Below are positions 12,148 to 24,378 of a stretch of 64,000 nt of DNA, one piece after another. The notes under the pieces were generated by a model. It saw nothing but the letters and a program-made list of their open reading frames with translations, had not been told where the DNA came from and did not search any database. This DNA is from Tubiluchus corallicola (lineage: Eukaryota > Animalia > Priapulida), in contig JAQGDQ010000569.1 of assembly GCA_030141605.1 (NCBI GenBank), positions 74,871 to 138,870 of the forward strand. Reading direction: 5' to 3'. The translations under genes and the position numbers were made by a program. Numbering within the stretch: position 1 is the first letter of the stretch; the number at the start of each line of letters is the position of its first letter.

Positions 12148-12521
12148 TCTTAGCTACCTATACATGCAGCCTAGACTAGTTACTAACCAGTACTACTAAG
12201 TGGCTCTGGACCTGATGCATTTAGGATAATTATTACCAATATTATATTTTCAAATACGTTTGCATGCTATACAAAACAACTGCATGAAGTTTCACCAAAA
12301 AGTAACTCGCAAGTGTGTTCAGACTGCACAGCAAAACTTCTGAGAGTTACTTTCCAACAGTAAACACGAGCTACAGTCACTTATCTATTCACTCCGAGAT
12401 GTTTTTGTCGTTACCGTAATCATCGAAGGATAAGGGTTAAGCTAATAGATATCTTATAAACCTCTCCAGTTATTTTTGGTAAAAAACTAAATGGATCAGT
12501 TGAAACAGGAATTGAAACATT

Positions 12522-12804
12522 ACGCGCATTTTGACTAGCGAGTTTTCTCGCCAAGTAACTCGCAAGTGTGTTCAGACCAGACAGCAAAACTTCCGAGAGT
12601 TTTTCTCCAACAGTGAACACAACTTACACTCACTTCTCTATTCACTGTGAGAAGTGTCGAGAGTAACTCATCCAGGTGTTCACACTAGACAGTAACTCAG
12701 AGCAACAGTCCGAGAGTTTGCAATTTCTTGTCAACAATAATGCGAGTTTGAAGTCAGAGAGAAAACTCACGACATTAAAAAACTCGCTAGTCTGAATGCG
12801 CCTT
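12522..12804. mobile_element. MITE, PIF/Harbinger-like
   Basis: TIR GCGCATTTTGACTAGCGAGTTTT / AAAACTCGCTAGTCTGAATGCGC. Confidence 0.6.
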
Positions 12805-13135
12805 TATACATACCTAGAGTTGAGAAGTTCTTTCCAATCCATATATTATTCAGCAGATTTAAAAACGATCACGAGAACTGCTGTATTTTGCTTCAAAATT
12901 CAAATACGAATTCAGAATGAGTGTAAGCTGACTTTTTGCACGGAGAAGTAAGTAATGATGCTTGTAGGTATCACAGAATAATAGTTATAGTTATAGTATT
13001 TAAGCATACGATAAGACAGGTATCAAAGATCGTGTTTAATCAAAAAGATAAGTGTTAAGTGCACAACTGTTCTTTTATGTCTGTTATTTATTTGAAAGAC
13101 TTTTCCCAGAAATTGCGTGGGCTTGCATTAGTTGT

Positions 13136-13833
13136 AAATGGCGGCTCGTGTGTAGGTACTGTGGAATTGCAATTTTTCACTCAATATTATCGATAATATT
13201 CAATATAATGTCTTTTTTAGTTCTTTCTTTATACTTGTATGGAACCACATCACGTGAGGGTAGTATTGTTTGCTTCACAGCCCAGCACAGTGGTGTTTGG
13301 TTAGTGGAAGTGGTGCGGACAAGCCACTGGCATAGCAGTGTCTAGTTTTTTGCTGGATTACTGCTGCGTTTACCTGTCTGAAGGCAGATTTCTTTTATTT
13401 TAGTATTCTGCCTGCCCAATGTCTAGAATAGACGTGACGGACGTATGATGATGATGACGATGTGTGTTTGGTTGTTGTGCACATGTGGCCACGCACGCAT
13501 GTCTGAGGTAACACTATACGCTGGGCTGCTAGCGTCTGCAACTAGGTAGAGAAAGTACTCTCGCTCACACAGTTTGTTGTGAGTTGTAACGTGATTAAAA
13601 ACCGTGTACCAGCATATTATTGAACTGTGACAATTTGGCTAGGCAAAAAAATTTTGGTTCAGGATTTTATCAGGCTTATGCGAAAATTTATGTTGGTTTG
13701 TTTATTTGAAATTACAATCACAAATTGCAACATAAATATTACTTGTGTTTGTTACGTTTACACAGTATTAAAACAATGATAAAAAATTTTCTGAAGCAGC
13801 ACCCCCACTAATTCTAAATACGAGCCGCCACTG
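13136..13833. mobile_element. hAT-type MITE; inverted relative at ~51828-52336
   Basis: TIR ..TGGCGGCTCGT / ACGAGCCGCCACTG; body matches the reverse complement of 51830-52330. Confidence 0.65.
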
Positions 13834-14325
13834 TTTAGTTGTATCTTTGTAGCATCTTCAGAAAGAAGCTAACAATCTGCCCCCCTCCCCAACACTTGGT
13901 TAACGCCCAAATGTATGACAAAACAAAACGTCCATATTTGCATAGACATGTATGTATTAATGCACCTCTTTATAACGTCAAACTTTCTATATTGCTAGTC
14001 TCATAGTAGGCGGTATAAAGAAATTTGACTTTGATCACGAAAGAATTTAAAATGACTGTAAATCTCAAAGAATTCTTTATTTTTTCTTTCGTCCTCTCGG
14101 ACCTCATCAGCTGCACACACAGATACTTTGTATAGTTTGTGTATATCATTTCGTGCAGCTGATGACGTCCAAGAGAACGAAAGCTTCTGAAGAAAAGACA
14201 AAGTATTTTTTGAGATTTATGAGCAGTTTAATTTAGGATTCCCACGGTCAGGGAAAATCCTTTAAAAAAACGGGCTATCATGGAAAGTCAGGGAAAATGG
14301 GGTGAAAAGTCAGGGAAATTGTCTA

Positions 14326-17300
14326 AAAACGGTTTAAATCATTTTTTCCAAAATTCGCTTCCTATTATGCATCTTAGTGTTTGTTATTCATTGAATTATT
14401 GATAAATTTTTTGTTTCTTTTAATGTATTAATTGTGTATTTGTGTTGATGTGAAATAAATAAACAAAATGTGTAAACAAAAAGTAACTATCAGCATTTCT
14501 TTAAACGAAATCAAAAGTGCTTCTTGCCAGTTATTTGTGCGTGTATGAAATAACATGCATCTTGAATACAAATTACATGGATAAACAACATGTACTCTGA
14601 ATGTTAATTTAGAACTATCCTAAGCATTAAGCATGGACAATAATACATTGGACATAATCAGCAACAAATCTCGTACAATTAGGGGTGAACATCGAACGTT
14701 CGAATTCCATTCGAGCCAAAGACTATGGATTCGAATAATTCAGCGCTTCAATCACATACGTTCTTTATCATTAAAGCGATTGAAACATCATGCAGTTAGC
14801 ACAATTTAGATTTTTGTGCATATTTTTAAACATTTTATTAGTGGTTTTACTGCAGAACAAAATCGTGTAATATACATGATCTTTGTAACACTAATTTTTA
14901 CTGATGGCTCGAAAATCTTTCAATCTCGATTCGAATTCGAAATAATGAAGTTTGGTTCGGTTCGATTCGAAAGCACAAATTCGATTCGAATTCGCTTTCT
15001 GGTAGAAAATGCTCTCCCACATTCACAACACCAAAATACAGACCCTTTAATATTAATAAGATTATCACAGTTTTATCAATAGTTTTGCTAACCATATCTT
15101 AGCAAATGTGCTTTATATATAATTATGTTTATTAGAAAAATACTCAAAGAACTTATTAAAAATATTAAAACTTGTTACAAAATTTTAAAAAATATATAGT
15201 TATTCTCAGTTACTTAACAATTTAACAGTAATTGTGCATATCATTAACATTCACTCTTAGTCTAATTTACAATACTAGACACTTTATACAGCATTGGCAG
15301 CAGTTGTAATATCATTTCAGCTTTTGCAATAATCACATGAATAAACATTGTTTATCATGTTATTAAAGAATTTTAATTAGTATCTTACAAGCAGTCACTT
15401 ACGTACAACTTTTGGCAGACACAGATTTAATAAAAGAGAATAAAGTAAGCACTATAACAATTATAACAAGCCTTTTCACAGTTTCGTCGTGTGCACGTGC
15501 AATTTCTGTAGGTCAAAGGTTAAGTGTACCAGGGCAATGCTTCTGAACTACTGTTACTATTACAACAGCATGGGCTGTGAGGCGTTGCCAAGTGTACACA
15601 AATGCGTTTTTTGATACACTTGACCTTTGACCTTTCATGATCATCATCAATTGTTGAAACTGTGAAAGGGTTTATTACACCAACATTTCTTCCAGAACCT
15701 TCCACTCTGTTCCAAGTCACCTCTATAATTCGGAAGCATCCAGTGTTTTTTCACTAACTGTTTTAAAAACTGTCTTCAAGTTCATTCCATGCTTTTTCAA
15801 ACTCGCACATACCAAGTGCTTTCTGGAGTCCGGTCAGCTTTTGACTTTGCCCTTTTTGCTGCCTGGTTTGTCTGATTTGCATGTACAAATCTTGCACTTG
15901 CTCCTTAGTAAGATTAACCACACCGTCTGCAGTTGGAACAGTGTTATTCTTTACACGGGCACATATTCCACTTGCAATCAAATGTGTGACGTGCAGTAAG
16001 GGTGCATCCTCTATCGTTTTTCCAATGCATTCCTCCAAAATATTCACGTCGCCTAGCACAAAGTGTGGCATTGACTTGTTTTGACAACATTTCGCAATAT
16101 ATTCTAATATACCACATACTCGTTGATCAATGTCATCATCGCTCCACGTTTTGTCATCTTTTTGAAATTCGCTCACTTCGTGTAGAAACGCCGTCTTAAT
16201 CATATAAGAATTCACTACTTTGTTTGGCCTAAATTTGATAACATGAAATAAACGTTTGATGTCGTTCTCAGTATCTAGATCTGTTGTGCTGATTTTTTTG
16301 TAAAGTGCCTCATTCATTAGTGCCTTAGTCAAACGGAGAGCCCGTTTTCGTGACTCCGGCAAACCTTGTACTATTCCACTTTCCATCAAACCAGTTGATA
16401 AAGTCCATAAGCGATCATCACAGATATAACTCAGAGGTTTGCATACTGCATGATATGTTACTTGTGAACAACCGGGTACCTCCATAGGCAGTCCCAATTT
16501 GCGTGTTTGTGATTCGCATATTTCTACTGCCGGAGTGATGTCTATGACAATGGGTAGCCCTTTGTACAAGTTCCCCTTCGTATAAGTCAAATGGAAAGTG
16601 AGACGAACCTTATTATATTCGATTTTCACTAGGGAAAATGGCAAGTCAGTCTCAGTGTCTTCAAACAAAAATTCCACAGCTCGACATGCGACAGTTAGGA
16701 ACTCGAGCTTTAATGAAATCAGCAAATATGCAGCGTTTCTGGATATTCTTACAAGACCCGGCAAATGAGTTCTTTCGACGTTCACTGTATCGCTGAATCG
16801 TTTCAAGACCGTGAAAAAGTCATATTCGTCCGGCAAGCCCACTTTCGTGTCGCACGCACTACTTCCCACGAGAACTGGATACGACTCAAAATCCCCTTTC
16901 AGTTCTCCAATTTTTCGGCAGATGCTTTTCACTAGAGATCTCACCTCCCATGTAACAATTTCTTTCTCTTGGGTTTCTGGCAGGTTGCCTATGCTCGCAA
17001 TTTCTAATATGTCTGCGGTGTTTCTGCAGGCGGCAATGCCCGTCCTCATGGCTGAACTAAATTGCTTATATTCACGAGTTTCACCTGTTTTAGTCACAGT
17101 GTACTTGGCACTCAACAGAAAACCGACCGTCTCTTTGTATTCATCGTTATAAGTCCTTTCATTTACTAACCTAACGTATAAATCTATGGCAGTGTCACCC
17201 TTGTTGTTTTTTATTTCCAAATTGAGGCCATGATTCATTAGACTTTGCACTACACCACTCCTACACCCAATATTCACTTGTGCTGCTACATGTAGAGCTG

Positions 17301-19420
17301 TATTACCTTCATTGTTACATATGTTTGGATCAGCACCATTGCTTAGTAAAACGTTGACAAGTTCAACATCTTTGTTCTTTATAGCATAGTGCAATGCTGT
17401 TTCACCAAGATTATCTCTTTGGTTGATACTGAAGGTACTGCCTCGTGTATCTGGAAGGTTGTTCAAGCCTTTCAGGTGCTGTAAAAACATCTCTGCTGTG
17501 CTTCTGTGATTTTTTCGAACAGCAGTCATGAATGCAGTTTCCCCGTCTCTGTCAGCAGTATTATAATCGGCACCTTTATCAAGTAGCAGCTGAACAATCT
17601 TTTCATTACTATTAGCAGCTGCAGCCATAAGAGTAGTTACGTGAAACTTATCATGGGCATTGCAGTCAGCATTCTTTGATAGCAACAGTTTAACAATTTC
17701 TATGTAATTGTTTTTAGAGGCAACCATGAGAGGCGTCTGCCCGTTCTCGTTGCCATGGTTACAGTTATGGTAGTTTGTGTCGACATATGAAAGCAGCATC
17801 TGCATTGCTCCCAGATAACCCTCAGCAGCTGCATAGAAAACTGCGACATTCCAGTCAGCATCTTTGGAAAGTAGTATCTTGATTATCGCATTGTGTCTGT
17901 TGTGAGCTGCAGCTAACAGTGCAGTCCAACCATCGTTACTGCGAATATTGCAGAGAGCACCATATTCGAGTAATTCTTTTAGTATTCTTACGTGACCATT
18001 TCTCGCTGCAAACATGAGTGCTGTCCAGCCGTGGCAGGTTACAGCATTAGAATCAGCTCCACTGGAAAGTAAGATTTTCACTATTTTCAGATGACTCTTT
18101 TTAACTGCAAACGTAAGTGCAGTATATCCGTATCCATCGCAAATATCATGCCGGGCGCCAGAAGATAGCAGCTTCTTAAGTGTTTTCACGTTTCCATTTT
18201 CCGCCGCAAACATCAGATCAGATTTTCCATCTTTATTAGTTGTGTTGCAGTCGGCGCCCTTTCTTAGTAGCAACTCCTTGACAGCAATATGACCCATGCC
18301 AGCTGCATCCATACGAGCACTCGATCCTTCTGTGTTGCGGGCATTGCAATCTGCCCCTTCAGACAGCAATCTCTGTTCTGTACCAATGTGCCCTGTTCCT
18401 GCTGCGTACATAAGATCCGTATCTTTAGACGAAGCCATTGATGCTATTTAACATTATTGATAAGTTTCTTTCCGAAGCCAGTTTTGCCCGAGTAGTAGAG
18501 ACTTATGCATCTAGTGGTAGATGTGTCACCAAGATGTGAAGTTTTTCTTCTGCAATATATATTGAATTTCTTTATGTCAAGAATAAATAATGTAAAATCA
18601 CGTGATTTGTTATCAGATATATTTTTGCAACATTTATGTAACACGGTAGCTTGAAGTACACATAGTTCAATTTTTTTTAATAAACTAGAAATACTATACT
18701 CTTTTTTTCCAAAAATTATACTTGAAATCTTTAAGCAAAGCCCATCAATAATGCCCCTCCCTCAAACTTGAGGGCCCTAGGCTAGGGTTGCCAGATTAAA
18801 AAATAAGAAATACGGGACATTTAAAATCCATTTATATATTACTATATATATACAAATTTATACATACCTACACACCCATACCAATAATATTATATAAAAG
18901 TAGAGACATAAGTTAAAAACATAAAGCAAGTTGCAAACAGAAAACAAAGACTTTAGTTTTATGTAAACATCTAGCAAAACTGGCTTCCTCATTACATTTG
19001 GGTTGTTTTCATCAAGAGAATCTGAGAAAAGAAAGTACAATTACTTACGAAAAAGTTACAACTAAGACTGCGTAAGGCAGTAAAAATACATTTTTACAAT
19101 GTATTACGAAATTTGAAAGTGAATGGTCATAACGGGACCCTTGTGTGTCCCTGAATGGTCAGTAAGGGACAGGAGCAACATTATCAAATATGGCACATGT
19201 CCCGTATATAAGGGATGTTCTGGCAACCCTATCTTAGCTACCTATACATGCAGCCTAGACTAGTTACTAACCAGTACTACCAAGTGGCTCTGGACCTGAT
19301 GCATTTAGTATAATTATTACCATTATTATATTTTCAAATATGTTTGCATGCTATACAAAACAACTGCATGGAGTCTCATCAAAAAGTAACTCTTGCGCAA
19401 GTGTGCTGAAACTATACAGC
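14326..19420. repeat. Segmental duplication unit, copy 2
   Basis: Direct-orientation copy of ~6585-12333 with several indels. Confidence 0.9.
15763..18438 (-). CDS. ANK-cGLR copy 2, 891 aa, uninterrupted ORF
   Basis: Close paralog of 8115-11294 with the same NTase motifs (GSSACDTKVGLPDEYDF, IDITPAV, SYMIKTAFLHE); five fewer ankyrin repeats. Confidence 0.9.
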   Translation of the reverse strand: MASSKDTDLMYAAGTGHIGTEQRLLSEGADCNARNTEGSSARMDAAGMGHIAVKELLLRKGADCNTTNKDGKSDLMFAAENGNVKTLKKLLSSGARHDICDGYGYTALTFAVKKSHLKIVKILLSSGADSNAVTCHGWTALMFAARNGHVRILKELLEYGALCNIRSNDGWTALLAAAHNRHNAIIKILLSKDADWNVAVFYAAAEGYLGAMQMLLSYVDTNYHNCNHGNENGQTPLMVASKNNYIEIVKLLLSKNADCNAHDKFHVTTLMAAAANSNEKIVQLLLDKGADYNTADRDGETAFMTAVRKNHRSTAEMFLQHLKGLNNLPDTRGSTFSINQRDNLGETALHYAIKNKDVELVNVLLSNGADPNICNNEGNTALHVAAQVNIGCRSGVVQSLMNHGLNLEIKNNKGDTAIDLYVRLVNERTYNDEYKETVGFLLSAKYTVTKTGETREYKQFSSAMRTGIAACRNTADILEIASIGNLPETQEKEIVTWEVRSLVKSICRKIGELKGDFESYPVLVGSSACDTKVGLPDEYDFFTVLKRFSDTVNVERTHLPGLVRISRNAAYLLISLKLEFLTVACRAVEFLFEDTETDLPFSLVKIEYNKVRLTFHLTYTKGNLYKGLPIVIDITPAVEICESQTRKLGLPMEVPGCSQVTYHAVCKPLSYICDDRLWTLSTGLMESGIVQGLPESRKRALRLTKALMNEALYKKISTTDLDTENDIKRLFHVIKFRPNKVVNSYMIKTAFLHEVSEFQKDDKTWSDDDIDQRVCGILEYIAKCCQNKSMPHFVLGDVNILEECIGKTIEDAPLLHVTHLIASGICARVKNNTVPTADGVVNLTKEQVQDLYMQIRQTRQQKGQSQKLTGLQKALGMCEFEKAWNELEDSF

Positions 19421-19799
19421 GCTATTACACTTTCGCACCTCCTACTTTTTCTAGGTTATTACTCGTTTCTAGGCTTGTAGGTCATTATTCTATTATTCTC
19501 ACGTCATCAGTGAATGTTTCCGCTAATCTCGTGGTAATTTACTCATATATTTAGTGTATAATTACCAAAAATTACGTTGTATTCACAGTTGTGCACTGTA
19601 CAGTTCGTATCGTCATCATGTTAGAGTGTGTCCATCCATCCAGGTGCACACATATGCTTGCTCTGATGCTACAACAACACAAAACAAATTTGGGTTTATA
19701 AATGTTATACCGCCGTTACGCACAGCTAAATATAAATTACTCTTTATCTTTTCAGCTGTAAAGTTATACATTCACTATGCTTTTTCTTTTGACCATTAT

Positions 19800-20895
19800 G
19801 TCCTTCAGTAGGCAGACTGCATAAATTTTTCCCTCTCCAAATAACAGCCATCTCAAGTATTCTTCATCAGTTACTCCTTGCCAAGGGACCTTGTTTCTCA
19901 TATGTGTGTAAAATTCACAACTTAATATTATGTGTTCTACAATTTCAATATCTTTACCACATTTACAAAGTCTTTTTTCTATGCAGTAACCTACTTTTCA
20001 AGCATACAAGGGATTTCCCAATACTTCTAATGCACCAACCCTAGCTTTGACAAGCAATTCTGCACCCCATGTATCGTTCATCCAGGGTTCAAATGATATA
20101 CAACTTTTGCAATCTCTATATCTTTCTACTGTCGAACATTTACTTAATTTTTCATTCCACATTTTTAATCCTGTTTCAGCTATAGTTTTCTCTATAAGCA
20201 CATCCCACGCTTTTTCACCCAAATGTTTATCATAAGTTTTATTCAGACCTACCGCATTTAATTCCCTATTGCCATAATATTGCCAAATACCGGAAGCCCA
20301 AATTTATCCCCCAAATGTCTGATTCTTTGCAGCCATTTTTATCGAATTCTGGGTGTCACTACCCATATTACCACTTTTTTCAGTAACCGATTATCACTCA
20401 TAAATATTATTCTTTTAAAAAATTTTAGTCGCGCCTTTGCTTCCCGTTCTTCAAAGGGTGAAAATCCCGCTTCACCTCTAATAGCAGCACCACTGCATCC
20501 TTTTGCTTTCCAGAGCCATCTTACAAATGCTGTTATACCAATGAACTTCATTTTGGCTGTATGTTCTGCCCATACAACCAAACATTATTTTAGGGACTAC
20601 GATTCCTTTCCAGCCTGTTCTTCCTATTTCTAATCCTGCTTCTGATTGCATTGCCGCAAATTTTACGGCACCTATGGTTCTTCTAATAGCTGGTATTCTT
20701 TCTTTCCAGCTATGTTCATCTTCTATGGCTCTTATAATTACCCCTAGGTATTTTTCTCTTTCTGTTGCATGTATAGGTATGTCACCTAACTTAAAGACTG
20801 CATTAGCGTTAGCTCCACTAAGGAGAATTGATGCACACTTGGTCGCACTAAATTTCATGCCAAACTCTTTTCCAAGATGTCACAATTTTTAAATG
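19800..20895 (-). mobile_element. Degenerate non-LTR retrotransposon, 3' part (outer LINE)
   Basis: Frameshifted ORFs with MKFSATKC, EKYLGV, AAIRGEAG and zinc knuckle CKC-x7-H-x4-C near 19915-19970. Confidence 0.75.
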
Positions 20896-20901
20896 TCACA
20901 G

Positions 20902-23225
20902 TTTTTTTATTTATTTTTATTATCACATTCAATACAATATAATGACATTAAGCACACGGTGACATCAAAATTATTACATCTACTGTATTAAATTCTTATG
21001 TTTCATACACTATCGTTATCATAAAAGAATAATTGTACTGCAGTGGGCTAGAGAAGCAAAGTCTTGTATAAGCCCACAGTCATGTGAACCCATTAAAAAA
21101 GAATGGATGAGTGAACAAAACAAAAGAACTGGGAGAGGGGTTAGATCACACAGGAAGGGTAGAAGGATGTGTTAGTGGAAATGGTAAGAAGAAAGATAAT
21201 AGATTGCGCTATGTTGACATCAGCTCTAAAGATTTATCAATGATGCCTTGTTTTGCATAATCTGTACCAGGATTGTGGTATGACTGCTGCAGTAGGTGTG
21301 GGAAATTAGGAAGTGTTGTACTTGTTGAGAATCATTGCTCTGTATTTCTTTTTAAATTTTTGAATTGGCTGAACAGTTTTTAATTCATCATTTATGTCAT
21401 TCAAAGCCTTGGACCAACATTTGCAATGAATTGCCGTGCCACGTCTGTTCTACAGAAATTTATGACAAACTCATTCATTCTGGTTGCGTAATGCCGATTA
21501 TTTGGTTGGACTAGAACGTTGGAAAGAGATTATATTTAGTTTTATACATGTATGTAGCTGTATTCATGTGTATTATATCGTCAACAGTTAAAATTTTATT
21601 AGTTTTAAAACATGTTAAACTAAGATGTTCTCTTTTTCGAAGATTACAGGTGATTCGATGAAATTTTACTTTTGATCATGTCTATGTGCGGCTTCCAATC
21701 CATGTGCTCATTTAGAATGATTCCCAAAAATTTCATTTCCTGCATGATTTCAATTAGGGGTGAGCATCGAACGTTCGAGTTCGAACGTTCGAATTCGATT
21801 CGAACAGGATTTTTTAATTCGAATTCGATTCGAACGCAAAAGTATGGATTCGAATAATTTTTTTTTAATTTTTATATATTATTATTATCACATTCAGTAC
21901 AATATAAAGCACACAGTGACATCAAAATTATTACATCTACTATTTTAAATTGTTATGTTTCATACACTATCGTTATCATAAAATAATAATTGTACTGCAG
22001 TGGGCTAGAGAAGCAAAGGAAGGGATTCGAATTCGAAATCTTGAAATTCGATTCGATTCGAAATCTTGAAATTCGATTCGAATTCGATTTTTGGGGGAGT
22101 TTGCTCACTCCTAATTTCAATTGGGGAATTATTGATTTTAATATCACCATTATTAATTGGAATTTTCTTGTGTCTTGCTCTAAAAATGGTACATTTCGTT
22201 TTGGTAGAATTTAATGACAACATACTCGTTTTGAACCAAAAAGCAATATTTTGTAATTCACGGTTGATATACATTAAATTATCAGCCTTGTTTAATTCAA
22301 AGAATATGCTCGTATCATCTGCAAATTGGAACAGATTTGGACTATCTAAAGAATATTTTGTGTCATTCATACATATTAAAAATAGGAGTGAACCTAAAAT
22401 TGAGCCTTGTGGTACCCCATGGGTTATAGAAGCTTCATTTGAAATTACATTATTATGTCGAACCACTCCCATGAAGATAGCTAGATGCTACCCATGCGTT
22501 TGCTACCCCTCTAAGACCGTAATGATGTAGTTTTGCAAGAAGTATTTTATGATTAACTGTGTCAAAGGCCTTAGAGAGGTCACAAAATATCCCTAATGCT
22601 ACTTTATTTTGTCCAATGCATTTAGTTATACTCTCTACAATGTTTATCAAAGCCAATTCGGTTGAACTGTTTTTCCGAAAACCAAACTGCTTATTGTTTA
22701 TTATGTTTTCATGATCCAAATACGATACTATTTTATCGTAAACAACTTTTTCCAATATTTTTGAGAAAAACGGTTGTTAATTTCTATAGGTCTATAATTA
22801 TTTATGTCCGGAGAATCCTTGGATTTGAAGATAGGGATAATAATTGATTGTTTTAATTTAGAAGGAACAGTGCCAGTTTTAAGTGAATTATTAATTACGT
22901 GTGTCAAAGGGGTAATGATACTTTCAATTACATCTATAATAACTTTGGGGCGCAAATTATCTCTGCCAGCTCCTTTATTTTGATCAAATGACTTGCATAT
23001 ACTTATAATATCAGATTCTGTGACTGGCGTAAAGAAAAAGGTAGAAGGATAATTTCCTCTTAAATAAGTTTCATAGTTGATATTAACATTTTCTATATTA
23101 TCAGCTAATTTTTGTCTAATCTGCGAAAAATGGTCATTAAAATGATTTACTATAGATTTAGGATCTGTGATTAATTTATTATTAATTTTTAAACGAATTG
23201 AGGACTGTTCGCACCTGGAATGCAT
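20902..23225 (-). mobile_element. Degenerate CR1/L2-group LINE (RT pseudogene, 5'-truncated)
   Basis: [34 protein letters not shown] in shifted frames; A-rich 3' end at ~20902. Confidence 0.9.
21755..22113. mobile_element. TTCGAA-rich hAT MITE inserted in the LINE
   Basis: TIRs and perfect 8-bp TSD ATTTCAAT (21747-21754, 22114-22121). Confidence 0.85.
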
Positions 23226-23239
23226 CATTTCTTTCATAA

Positions 23240-23525
23240 TTCCCATAAGATCGTCAGCAATCTTCTTCAATAACACTACCATATCTGCTTCAAATTCTGT
23301 AATTAGCACGGTGTCATCAGCAAAAGCTAATATGCTCACTATTATACTTTCATCTATTTTGTATCCTCTTTCTGGTCTACTTATTTCTTTTAACATTTTA
23401 TTAATAATAATATACAGTGAGAAAAATACAGAGGACATAGGATCACCCTGTTTTACATCTGACGTTAGCATTACATTATCTGTTTTGATACGTCTCCAAA
23501 TAAATCTAACATTAAAACCATGGTA
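23240..23525 (-). mobile_element. RT core fragment of the outer LINE
   Basis: VKQGDPMS...ILAFADDTVLI; plausibly continues at ~20890. Confidence 0.75.
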
Positions 23526-23527
23526 CC

Positions 23528-24216
23528 ATGATTTCCAAAATTCAAGAAAGGATTGCTCTGCACCTAAAGGTGTCAATAGCTTAAAATCACGAGGAGTTAA
23601 ATTATGGAACTCGTTGCCAAAAGATACCTTTGGAGGTAGCTTATTTTCTGCTTCCAAAAAATACACAAAATTCTTACTAAATGAATATACCTGTAATACA
23701 TAACTTGTAAGACTAATAAGCAAGCTATCAAGTGTTTTTTTTTCTCATCTCCTAAGTAATTGTTGCTCTTTCTTATACTTACTTTTTCTCTTAAATTTTC
23801 TATATTACACTTTTTTGATACTTATTTTATCTCTCCATACAGTCAAAATCCCCTGTCAATAAGGCCCCTATTTGAAAATATATATAATAATCATAATTAC
23901 TTGTATTAATTGTATTGTTTTGTTTAGATTTAGGTGTCATCTAACTTTATTATTTTTTTGTTTTCACTTATACTGTTTTCATTTATACTTTGTTTTCATT
24001 TATACTGTTTATTATTATTATTTTTTTCCTATTTGATTTTGTTATCCGCAGTCTCACCATTTACTTTTAATATACTAATTTAATTATAAGACAGGGCAGG
24101 AGACTAGATGACCCTATGGTCCTTCCCTGCCCTGCTCCACTACTATAATTAAGTAATATTTAAAAAAGCTTGTCATGTCAAACAAATGGAGAAAATAAAT
24201 GTTCTATGTCTATGTC
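23528..24216 (+). mobile_element. 3' end of another CR1/L2-group LINE
   Basis: KSRGVKLWNSLPKD C-terminal motif, CAGGGCAGG...CCTGCCCTG hairpin, AATAAA and short (CTATGT)2 tail. Confidence 0.6.
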
Positions 24217-24378
24217 AATACTTACCATGCACGTAAATGTGTACTCACAGTTCGTACGCCATCATGTGGACTTTACTCTTTGCTTTGAGCGCACAGGATC
24301 ATGGGTAAAATGATATCATTCGATGTGTAAACAAACCCGCGTGGTAAACTACATTATCGTCAGTTTCAACAACAATTT

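Larger units (their letters stand above)
6585..12333. repeat. Segmental duplication unit, copy 1 (gene plus flanks)
   Basis: Aligns by eye to ~14326-19420, from 'gtttaaatcatttttt' to 'aagtaactc..gcaagtgtg', including the embedded MITEs. Confidence 0.9.

Noticed and set aside
8115-18438. Bacterial contamination or CBASS operon
   Set aside because: Flanks carry the same MITE families as the introns of the spliced neighbours; no operon structure or Cap effectors.
22728-23723. 331-aa ORF as a functional reverse transcriptase
   Set aside because: Chimera of three unrelated LINE fragments with RT motifs out of order.
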